Shown: piece after piece, positions 49,033-57,073 of the stretch
Numbering within the stretch: position 1 is the first letter of the stretch
How the letters are laid out: every line of letters begins with the position of its first letter
IMG/VR virus record: IMGVR_UViG_3300028840_006907
Location: 288,001 to 352,000 of that record
Source: a virus
Direction: 5' to 3' (one strand)
DNA: 64,000 bases
Made by a program: the position numbers and the translations under genes
The notes under the pieces: generated by a model
The model's input: the letters and a program-made list of their open reading frames with translations, nothing else
Told to the model about the DNA's origin: nothing
Databases searched by the model: none

Positions 49033-49610
49033 TGATTTGTTCTGATGAATATCAATTCATATTTTATGCAGTCCCTAAAACCGGTTCTCGATCCATGCAA
49101 AATTTTCTTCAACGTTACGGTCGTCGCTCTGTAACTGGCTGGTCACCTAATCATAATAATTATGAAGAAGTAAAAAGTGATGTAGGTATAGAAAAAAGTA
49201 ATAAATATTTTAAGTTTGCTTTTTTCAGAAATCCATGGGCTATGCTTGTATCCATGTATTTCTATAATATGCATATATGGGGACTAAATGCCAAAAAAGA
49301 TTCTGTTGTAAATTGGCTTAATACATATAAAGGCGGGGATCCTTATATTCCTTATATTTTTGATAATGAAGGAAATGCCATTTTGGATTTTATGGGTAAG
49401 TTAGAAAATTCCAGAGAAGATTTAAAAACTGTCTGTAAAATGTTAAAGATCCCGATCTCAGGAGAATTGTCCCATATAGGAAAACAACATGTAAAAGGAA
49501 GATTGGATTATAGAGCGTATTATGAAAGTCCAGTACTAGTGGAAAAAATAAGAAAGATATTTTCAAAAAGTCTTAGTGTGTTAAATTATGACTTTAATGA
49601 AGGGGTTTAA
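49032..49610 (+). CDS. sulfotransferase family protein
   Basis: 5'-PSB 'FYAVPKTGSRSMQNFL'. 3'-PB 'FFRNPWAMLVSMYFY'. Confidence 0.6.
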   Translation: MICSDEYQFIFYAVPKTGSRSMQNFLQRYGRRSVTGWSPNHNNYEEVKSDVGIEKSNKYFKFAFFRNPWAMLVSMYFYNMHIWGLNAKKDSVVNWLNTYKGGDPYIPYIFDNEGNAILDFMGKLENSREDLKTVCKMLKIPISGELSHIGKQHVKGRLDYRAYYESPVLVEKIRKIFSKSLSVLNYDFNEGV

Positions 49611-49673
49611 CTTAAATATAAAGCTAGGGTCTTATAAGTTGTGATGGGCTTATATATGACTAAAGTGTGGTAA

Positions 49674-49714
49674 GTGGTCAAGGTTCTTAGAGAGGTCCCT
49701 TGACCACTTTTATT
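49674..49714 (+). terminator. rho-independent terminator
   Basis: 10-bp stem 'gtggtcaagg'/'ccttgaccac', then 'ttttattt'. Confidence 0.55.
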
Positions 49715-49764
49715 TAATTTAAGTATATTAATTTCCCAGAGAGCATAACTAATGCAAAGAAGTT

Positions 49765-49808
49765 TAGGTTGTGGGACCAAGGTCAGGGTTCTGCAACCTA
49801 TTTTTTTA
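49765..49808 (+). terminator. second hairpin + T-tract (terminator-like)
   Basis: Stem 'taggttg'/'caaccta' with a structured interior, then 'ttttttt'. Confidence 0.4.
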
Positions 49809-49949
49809 TCCTATAATACCTCCCATAATTTATGCCCATTAAAGAGGCCAGTAAAAATTTATTTTCTGGCATTTTTTGTAATAAACTTCTAATATCTGTA
49901 ACCTCCGATAAAGGGAAAGCGACTATTACCCTAAAAAGGAGGTCCGTTT

Positions 49950-50816
49950 ATGGACAAAAAATATGAAGACCGAATGCTTGTCGTTTTTATCTTAGTGGGT
50001 CTAGTTGGTGGGTCACTGTTCTATTTCCTTAAAGATGGTCAGCCTCTCAGCTCAATTTTCATGACTTTCGCTCTATCAAGTATCCTCTATCGATTCCTGG
50101 GTGGAATTGGCCAAGGCACAAAATTCAGTGTCGGAGCATTTCGGTTAGGTGGTAGTGCAGCCTTCATGATCGGCTGTATCTTTTTTATCAACGAGTACAT
50201 TTTCCCAAAACCAGAAATCAACACCATTGTTTTAAGTACTCCCCAGGATCGATGGGTTCCTGTTAAATACCCTACAGGTGAGTATGTGAATGTTAAGGTA
50301 TTAACTCCTTCTGGAGATACTATTATTCATGGTATAAGTAGTGTAGAAATGGATGCTTTAAAAAAAAGGGAATACTGCATCACAAAAGAAGGGGAGAATT
50401 TTTATATCTGTTCTAATGCTGATTCAACGGTAATAGGCCATCTTAAGTTTGAAGATGTTTTTAAAGCTATTGAAAATGATATCCATATCACAGTCCAAGA
50501 TTTTCGGGTTTTTAAATTATACCCTAATCCTATAAATGACCCAAAAGATCAAGAAAAGAAATATAAAACTACTGATTCACTTGATGCTGTAAGTCAGACT
50601 TTTCCCATAGTAATCGAAGTCGATAAAACTAATATGAATATAAAGACAAAGGATGACAGTTTATTAACATCAGATGTACCTCGTAGTGAAAAATTCTATT
50701 TAGTTGATATTGAAAATGAGTATTTTATAGTTACAATATTACATGCTAATTTAGAAACATCAGAAAGTAAATGGTATTCTGAGTTTCTTGTTGGAAAAGT
50801 ATCTATTAATCGATAG
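49950..50816 (+). CDS. membrane protein
   Basis: RBS 'aaaaggagg'. Three N-terminal hydrophobic helices. Confidence 0.5.
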   Translation: MDKKYEDRMLVVFILVGLVGGSLFYFLKDGQPLSSIFMTFALSSILYRFLGGIGQGTKFSVGAFRLGGSAAFMIGCIFFINEYIFPKPEINTIVLSTPQDRWVPVKYPTGEYVNVKVLTPSGDTIIHGISSVEMDALKKREYCITKEGENFYICSNADSTVIGHLKFEDVFKAIENDIHITVQDFRVFKLYPNPINDPKDQEKKYKTTDSLDAVSQTFPIVIEVDKTNMNIKTKDDSLLTSDVPRSEKFYLVDIENEYFIVTILHANLETSESKWYSEFLVGKVSINR

Positions 50817-51252
50817 AGGTAATATGAGCAATATGAAAATTGCAATAGCTTCTTATATGCGTTATACAGTTGTTTTAGCCAACTTGAAAGAGCATTTCAA
50901 AAGAGAACTCGATCTAGCTGGCCTATTTGATAAAGACTCCGATTATAATGGAATGATAGGTAACGCTGTTATGGACCTGTGTAAAGTCTTCTCTGATCAG
51001 GGCCATAGCGGGTTCTCCGCGAACTGGGTTCTGAAATTGTTCGATACTCTTGGTCACTATAAAACGTTGACTCCTATTACAGATAATCCGAAAGAGTGGA
51101 TGAAGGTTACAGATGGCCTCGGTAGAGATGAACCGGTCTGGCAGAGTAATCGAAATCCTTCCCTTTTTTCTAATAATGGTGGAAAGAGTTATTATGATGT
51201 AGACGATAAGAAGCGTAAGAAGATCCGCTCTAAAAAGTTTAAAAAGAAATAA
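50788..51252 (+). CDS. hypothetical protein with basic tail
   Basis: ORF. Probable start at the internal Met (MSNMKIAIAS, about 50824). Ends 'KRKKIRSKKFKKK'. Confidence 0.45.
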   Translation: MLEKYLLIDRGNMSNMKIAIASYMRYTVVLANLKEHFKRELDLAGLFDKDSDYNGMIGNAVMDLCKVFSDQGHSGFSANWVLKLFDTLGHYKTLTPITDNPKEWMKVTDGLGRDEPVWQSNRNPSLFSNNGGKSYYDVDDKKRKKIRSKKFKKK

Positions 51253-51414
51253 TTTTTCTGAATAAATCAGGTTTTTTTCTTATTCTTTCGATAATTTCTC
51301 TTCTCTTTTTTCTCATAATTTATTATAATTATATATAGTATCTATAGCTCTTTGAAATTGGTAGAAATTTACTGAATCCGTAAGCCCTTGATCTTATGAT
51401 ATTTATGTTTTAGT
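51253..51414 (+). promoter_or_regulatory. CRISPR leader (AT-rich) with candidate promoter
   Basis: 162-bp AT-rich non-coding stretch directly 5' of the first repeat. 'ttgatc'-17 nt-'tagtat' at 51389..51416. Confidence 0.4.
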
Positions 51415-52317
51415 ATATTCCCCGCGTATGCGGGGCTGGGCCGATAAATCTTAAAATGGGTAAGATAAAAACCTGAATATTCCCCGCCCATGCGGGGCTG
51501 ATGCGTAATATAAATAATTTTTGATCAATTATAGGACATATTCCCCGCCCCTGCGGGGATTCCCCGAAAATATTGATGTTTTTTTGTATATATCAAAAAT
51601 ATTCCCCGCCCCTGCGGGGTTGATGCGAATACCGAACAAGTGCAGGGCCTGCAGATTATATATTCCCCGCGTATGCGGGGCTGGCGCGTAGGAGGTAAAA
51701 ATGAAATCGAAACATATTCCCCGCGTATGCGGGGCTGGTTCTAGAATTGAATGAAGCGCTGAATTTTCCCCGCCCATGCGGGGCTGAACCGACCGGGAAA
51801 TCATATCTATCCATAAATCTTGCATATTCCCCGCGTATGCGGGGCTGAACCGATACTAGATTGGGACATGTGTTTACCCAGAACATATTCCCCGCCCATG
51901 CGGGGCTGAACCGATTTCAAAAAACACGACCAGATAAAGATGAATATTCCCCGCGTATGCGGGGCTGTGTCAGGGTGAGAGGCTCGTGACGAATAATTTT
52001 TCATATTCCCCGACTCTTCGGGGTTGCCCCTCAGGAAGCTATTGAATTGCAAAAAACTGTATTCCCCGTCTATGCGGGGCTGTCTCTCCACATGCAAATG
52101 TAAGTAGTAAATACTGAATATTCCCCGGCATTCCGGGGCTGATCCCGTCTGGTAAAAACATAAAATGGTTCATCATAAGTATTCCCCGCCCATGCGAGGT
52201 TGGGCCATCCAGTACTGCTACTGCTAGGACCGTATTCCCCGCCCATGCGGGGCTGATCCTACGACTGGGACAGAAGTATTCATTGGTTTCACCCCGGCCT
52301 TTCCGGGGTCTAAAATA
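51415..52317 (+). CRISPR. CRISPR array, 16 repeats, type I-E-like 29-nt repeat ATATTCCCCGCGTATGCGGGGCTGAACCG, no cas genes in the window
   Basis: Repeat starts at 51415, 51477, 51538, 51599, 51660, 51714, 51763, 51824, 51885, 51944, 52003, 52059, 52118, 52179, 52232 and 52289. Periodicity is mostly 61 bp (29+32). Repeats share TTCCCCGCG...GCGGGG and the AACCG tail with the E. coli I-E repeat. Distal repeats are progressively degenerate. Spacers are unique and AT-rich. Confidence 0.8.
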
Positions 52318-52355
52318 AGGATCTGAGATTTTTTTCTTAGATCCTTATATTTTTA
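52317..52355 (+). terminator. hairpin terminator at distal end of array
   Basis: Stem 'aaggatctgag'/'cttagatcctt' with a T-rich loop, followed by 'tatattttt'. Confidence 0.45.
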
Positions 52356-52409
52356 ATAATGTATTTATATTATTCCTTTAAATAATATCAAAATAAAAAA
52401 GGAAAAAGT

Positions 52410-53315
52410 ATGGCAATTGCGTTTATGAGAGGAAGCACCACTAATCAGAATGATTTGACCATAACGGTACGTGATACATCCAATAATTTGATCGACCCGT
52501 ATTCGTTGGAGTATGCTGTCTTCGATTACACTAGTGGCACTGAGGTCCTCATCGGATCCCCTGTTAATACTCCGCTCAAGTTGTCAACAGGAGAATATTG
52601 GGCGGAGGTTGTAATAGCAGCCGATGCCAATATAGGTCTCTGGCGCATCCGTTGGACAATTCAAGAAACAGCAGTCAGTCCTGTTTATCAATCGGTTCAG
52701 GAATTTCAAGTAGTAGGTTCCAGTGTTGTGACGAGTGTAACCGGAGATGCAAATTTTGATGCATTGGTCCATTCTTTACGAGTGATACTCCGAGACAACA
52801 ATCCGGACCGCAACTACAGATTTCGTCCCCCAGCTTCCGAGAAATTTATCCAAGGTCAGACCCAAGTCTTTGGATTCATTTGGGAAGATGAAGAGCTTGT
52901 AGAGTATATATACATGGCTATTGACGACTTCAATTCACGCCCCCCGACTACAGGTATAGATGTGGCCAATCTTTGGGGAACTGAGAGACGGTGGAGAACT
53001 ACAATTATTTTAAGAGCAGCAGCTTTTGCATGTTTCGCTATAACAATGAATTGGATCGCTGACGAATTTTCTTATTCAATTTCTGGAGTATCTCTTGACA
53101 TTGAGAAATCTTCGAAGTATCAATCTATGAAAGAGAATTATATCAATGAATATGACAAGCTTGTCGAGGCCAATAAGAGATCCATAAAAATTATAAAAGG
53201 TCTTAGGCAATATCGGTACGGGGTGGGCATCACGAGCGCCCTGGGACCCATGAACAGACCTGGAGTTCAAAGTAGAAGAAACCTTATAAGTCCAAGTTAT
53301 GGCCCTTATTTCTAA
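52410..53315 (+). CDS. hypothetical protein (compositionally GC-richer than neighbours)
   Basis: RBS 'aaaggaaa'. 301 aa. No Cas-like motif. Confidence 0.5.
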   Translation: MAIAFMRGSTTNQNDLTITVRDTSNNLIDPYSLEYAVFDYTSGTEVLIGSPVNTPLKLSTGEYWAEVVIAADANIGLWRIRWTIQETAVSPVYQSVQEFQVVGSSVVTSVTGDANFDALVHSLRVILRDNNPDRNYRFRPPASEKFIQGQTQVFGFIWEDEELVEYIYMAIDDFNSRPPTTGIDVANLWGTERRWRTTIILRAAAFACFAITMNWIADEFSYSISGVSLDIEKSSKYQSMKENYINEYDKLVEANKRSIKIIKGLRQYRYGVGITSALGPMNRPGVQSRRNLISPSYGPYF

Positions 53316-53408
53316 TGAGTTATGGAGATGATAGCTTTTTCTGTAAATCTAAATTATTCTATATGATTTTATAAAGAATATTTGTAGACTTGGACCTAGG
53401 GCAGTACC

Positions 53409-55916
53409 TTATATTTTATTATTTTTTCTAAGGAGAGCTATCTGACGTTTAATCCATCGAGGAGTTTCTTCAAGAGTTTCAGCCATTTGATTTCTTGTCA
53501 TCTTTCCACGATTATCTATTATGAATTGGAGCTTTTCTTCAGTCTTTCTATCTTTGGTACAACCAATAGGGTTTTTTGTAGATAATGTACCTTTTTTTTG
53601 TAAGAATTTTATTTGAGATTTAACCCATCGCTCTGTTTCATTGAGAGCTTTAGATAATTCTTTTTTAGTTTTATTTTTATAATTAGTGATTATATACTGC
53701 GTTTTTTCAGGGGTTCTTCTACATTTTGTTGAGAATTTAGAAATCTCTTTTAAATAGGTAAATTTCTCAGTGGGTTGTTTAATATTTATATCTTCAATAC
53801 ATTTTGAATTATATATTTCTTTTTCTCTTTTAGGATAAGGTTTAGTAACATAATTTTTTAATTTGTTAATTTTTTTCTTATCTCTTTTATTTTCACCTAT
53901 TAATAAGACATATTTATGTTTTCTTTCAGTAATAAATTTTTGAGCTTCAGATAATATATTTTTATTCCAATTATTCCATTGAACTTTAATTCCTTCTGGT
54001 ATGGTACTCATATTTTTAAAACCATTTTCTTTAAACCATTCCTTTTGAGAAATAATCCCTTGATTTTTACACCATTTTTTAAATGCTGATGTACGTTTTA
54101 GAGATTGAGCTGAAAAAGTCCTATTATTTTTAATGGAAGGATGTTTATATAAGTATGAACTTCCAAAGTTATTTCCTAGATAATCAAATCCACAAGCTTG
54201 GTAAATAGTCCCTATTTCAAGAGCTTTAGGATCAGCATAACCTATGAAAGCTCTTTTAGAAGTGTTATTAGCCATCCAATTACAAGCAAACCTTATAAGA
54301 CGGCTACCCAGGTTTTTCGGGGTCCATGAGGCAGTGGCACCTCTTTGAATTAAAGCTTCATATTTGGGAGTATCTTTACCTAGAATTTTGGAATATGCTG
54401 TGGGTTCATTTATAAATAATACTCCTGCGAGAATATTATTGTATCTGGCTGTGAAGCACCATTTTGGTATTACTCCAATTGTTCCTAACCATTCATATTT
54501 TTTTATAAATTGGACCATTTCATTATTAAATTTTTCTTCAGATAATGTAAAAGAAGTAGCTTTTAAAGAAGAGTGATTGAAATCGATATTTTTTTTATCT
54601 TCATCAATCCATTGAAGTTTCTTTTTATATTGGTGGCATATAAAAGTGGTCTTGTTTTTACTGTTAATTTTATTTTTTATTAAATCAATGATAATACCTT
54701 TTCGGATAGCTTCTTTTACATCATCAGACCAAAATCTAATCAAATTGGGTATATTTTTATTTTGGATTTCATCATTCTTAATATTTTCTTTTATTTTTAA
54801 TGCCCTTGGAGACGTATCATTTTCTCTTATTTCTTTACCATGCCAATAATTACCATCATATTGTACCCATAAGTTATAGCGAGGCATATAGAAATCAATT
54901 ACATGTTTAATAATTGGGTGCATAACTTGATGTTCTACAAAAGGATCAAATACAATAAGATAATTAAAAAAGTTATTTTCTTCATCTGAGGATGAGAAGG
55001 AATTATTTAGTTTAACTGTTTTATATGTTTTTTCTTTTATTTCAACATTCTGTTGGGGATTTTCAACGCCATATCTTTCAATATTAGTTTCAGTGATTTT
55101 TTTCTTAATCTCTGGAGATTGGAATACATTGTCAACCCCGTATCTTGATTGTACTGTTACTTTAACTTTTCTTTTTACTTCTTTAGATTGAGAGGGGTAT
55201 TCTACTCCTCGTTTTTCAATATTAGATTGACGGGATTTTTCTTTCATTGAGTTTAGTTGAGTAGAATATTCTACGCCATAACGTTTTTTAATAGTTTCGT
55301 TATTATGTTTAACTATATCTTCATTTATTTTATCTCGATTCCTTCTTAATCCTAGTTTAATAGCTCTTTCTCGGATGGCTTTCCAGGTCCTGTTTTCAAA
55401 GTAGAGCATAATAAATTCCATAGAATTCTTTTCATATACTTCTTTTAAAAGATCATCTTCTTTGGGTGACCAGAAGTCTTCCCTAGCAGGAGCGCTTTTA
55501 CCACCATCAATCATTTCTTGTTTAATTATTTCAGGATTTCTTTGAAGGTTTAATTTTTGAGCATTACTTCGGATGCTTTGCCATGATCGATTCTTGAATT
55601 TAGAAAGGATAAATTCTTTTGAATTATTTTCATATATATTTTTAAGAATATTTATCTCTTCGGTTGTCCAGGAATCTTTTCTTGGTCCTCTTTTTTTACG
55701 GTCTTCATTTATAAGGTCAGGATTACGGTGAAGATTTAGCTTACGTGCTTTTCTACAGATGGTTGTCCAAGATTTATTTAATTTGGAGATAATAAATTCT
55801 TTTGAATTATTTTTATATATTTCTTTTAATAAATTTTCTTCTTCTATTTTCCAACGCATATGAGTACCTCTTTTTAGTATATTACTTATTATAACAGGTA
55901 TTAGAGTTATTGTCAA
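53409..55916 (-). CDS. multidomain HTH-repeat protein with Vsr/PD-(D/E)xK-like endonuclease motif
   Basis: Likely start at Met 55859 (MRWKIEEE). Three about 45-aa 'W[ST]xEExxxLKxxYxxNSxEFI...RxWxxIRxxAxKLxLxRN' repeats. Four 'RYGVE(N/Y)PxQ' repeats. 'YDGNYWHGK' Vsr-like motif. C-terminal about 400 aa uncharacterised, with two more HTH-like repeats. Confidence 0.6.
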   Translation of the reverse strand: MTITLIPVIISNILKRGTHMRWKIEEENLLKEIYKNNSKEFIISKLNKSWTTICRKARKLNLHRNPDLINEDRKKRGPRKDSWTTEEINILKNIYENNSKEFILSKFKNRSWQSIRSNAQKLNLQRNPEIIKQEMIDGGKSAPAREDFWSPKEDDLLKEVYEKNSMEFIMLYFENRTWKAIRERAIKLGLRRNRDKINEDIVKHNNETIKKRYGVEYSTQLNSMKEKSRQSNIEKRGVEYPSQSKEVKRKVKVTVQSRYGVDNVFQSPEIKKKITETNIERYGVENPQQNVEIKEKTYKTVKLNNSFSSSDEENNFFNYLIVFDPFVEHQVMHPIIKHVIDFYMPRYNLWVQYDGNYWHGKEIRENDTSPRALKIKENIKNDEIQNKNIPNLIRFWSDDVKEAIRKGIIIDLIKNKINSKNKTTFICHQYKKKLQWIDEDKKNIDFNHSSLKATSFTLSEEKFNNEMVQFIKKYEWLGTIGVIPKWCFTARYNNILAGVLFINEPTAYSKILGKDTPKYEALIQRGATASWTPKNLGSRLIRFACNWMANNTSKRAFIGYADPKALEIGTIYQACGFDYLGNNFGSSYLYKHPSIKNNRTFSAQSLKRTSAFKKWCKNQGIISQKEWFKENGFKNMSTIPEGIKVQWNNWNKNILSEAQKFITERKHKYVLLIGENKRDKKKINKLKNYVTKPYPKREKEIYNSKCIEDINIKQPTEKFTYLKEISKFSTKCRRTPEKTQYIITNYKNKTKKELSKALNETERWVKSQIKFLQKKGTLSTKNPIGCTKDRKTEEKLQFIIDNRGKMTRNQMAETLEETPRWIKRQIALLRKNNKI

Positions 55917-55962
55917 TATTTCATTTAATAAATATGGAATTCATTAATTTATAGGGAAAAAG

Positions 55963-56316
55963 ATGGAAATTGAAATTTATGGAAAAGAATTTGTTTCTTG
56001 TAATATTTTAAGGGCTGAAGTAGGTACAAATTGCCCACAGGGGGGAGATACAGGACATGGTGGTCGAACTATTTTAAGATTGATTGATGAAGCAGCTACT
56101 GATATAAGTATAAAAGTAGATGGTCAGCCTTTAGGTAGTATAAAAACTTTGGAAATATTATTAGGTGGCGATACTGAGTGCGACACTTTTATGAATGCTC
56201 TTAATTTTGCCTTGAATGTATTAAAAGATCATAATCCAAATTATGAAATGGATCCACATATAAGAGGTTCTGGGAAGGGATTGATACAAAAAGATTATAA
56301 AATAGAAACATTATGA
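55963..56316 (+). CDS. hypothetical protein (operon partner of small ATPase)
   Basis: RBS 'aaaaagatgg'. Stop overlaps the next start (ATGA). Confidence 0.4.
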   Translation: MEIEIYGKEFVSCNILRAEVGTNCPQGGDTGHGGRTILRLIDEAATDISIKVDGQPLGSIKTLEILLGGDTECDTFMNALNFALNVLKDHNPNYEMDPHIRGSGKGLIQKDYKIETL

Positions 56317-56861
56317 TTACAAAGATAGAATTATTAGAAAAATACAGAACTTTAAAACCGTTTGTTATGGAGCCTAATCTAGGAGTCAATCTTATTGTTG
56401 GTGAGAATGGTTCGGGTAAATCCTCATTGTTAAATATTATAAAGGAAAATGCTCCTGAGGTAAGATTAGAAATTGAAGGTACTATAAATTATTACCATTT
56501 TGATACGGAAAAGGACAATCCTCGAACTCAAGGCACTCTTCCATTTAATGCTCCTGGTGATGTTTATGCCTATCATCTGACGTCACATTTCCAGAGTCAT
56601 GGTGAAGTACTATTTCCTATTTTAAATCTTATGAGAACTTTTGAGAACAGGATTTTATTCTATGATGAACCGGAGAGTGGGGTCTCGATTAATAATCAGT
56701 TAAAGGCATGTACTGCGATAAGAAAAGCGGTAAGGAATGGTTGTCAACTTTTTATTGCGACTCATTCTTATATATTTATAAAAAAATTTAAAAAAGTCTT
56801 TGATTTAAAGACATATCAATTTGTAAAATCAGAGGATTGGTTATCTCAATTTAGGATATAA
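56313..56861 (+). CDS. small P-loop NTPase (AAA/ABC-like)
   Basis: Walker A 'GENGSGKSSLLNII'. Walker B-like 'ILFYDEPESGVS'. Confidence 0.6.
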   Translation: MITKIELLEKYRTLKPFVMEPNLGVNLIVGENGSGKSSLLNIIKENAPEVRLEIEGTINYYHFDTEKDNPRTQGTLPFNAPGDVYAYHLTSHFQSHGEVLFPILNLMRTFENRILFYDEPESGVSINNQLKACTAIRKAVRNGCQLFIATHSYIFIKKFKKVFDLKTYQFVKSEDWLSQFRI

Positions 56862-57073
56862 CATGATACCAGAATGGGTTTATAGATTAATGGTTGAAGA
56901 TCGAGAACGATGTATGATAAATCATTTAGAAAAAAGGAATTATATTGACGAGGAAGAGATAAAAGAGAATACTCTTTCTGATATCTCTGAAAAGGATTAA
57001 AATATGACTCTCATGGATTTACATAAATAAATTTTATTTCACATATTTTTTAACTTTACATAAGGAGACATAC

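Noticed and set aside
49765-49800. Possible tRNA or tRNA fragment (GGTTG...CAACC stem with internal arms).
   Set aside because: It is only about 36 nt, has no acceptor, D or T arm architecture, and is followed by a T-tract. It is better explained as a terminator hairpin.
51529-52097. Three minus-strand ORFs (51529..51825, 51656..51886, 51807..52097) in the ORF track.
   Set aside because: They lie entirely inside the CRISPR array. Their 'PRMGGEY/APHTRGI' peptides are just the repeat translated repeatedly. This is a classic array artefact, not genes.
50788-56861. cas genes flanking the array.
   Set aside because: None of the flanking ORFs shows Cas1, Cas2, Cas3, Cas5, Cas6 or Cas7 motifs. The ATPase at 56313..56861 is too small and lacks helicase motifs beyond Walker A and B.
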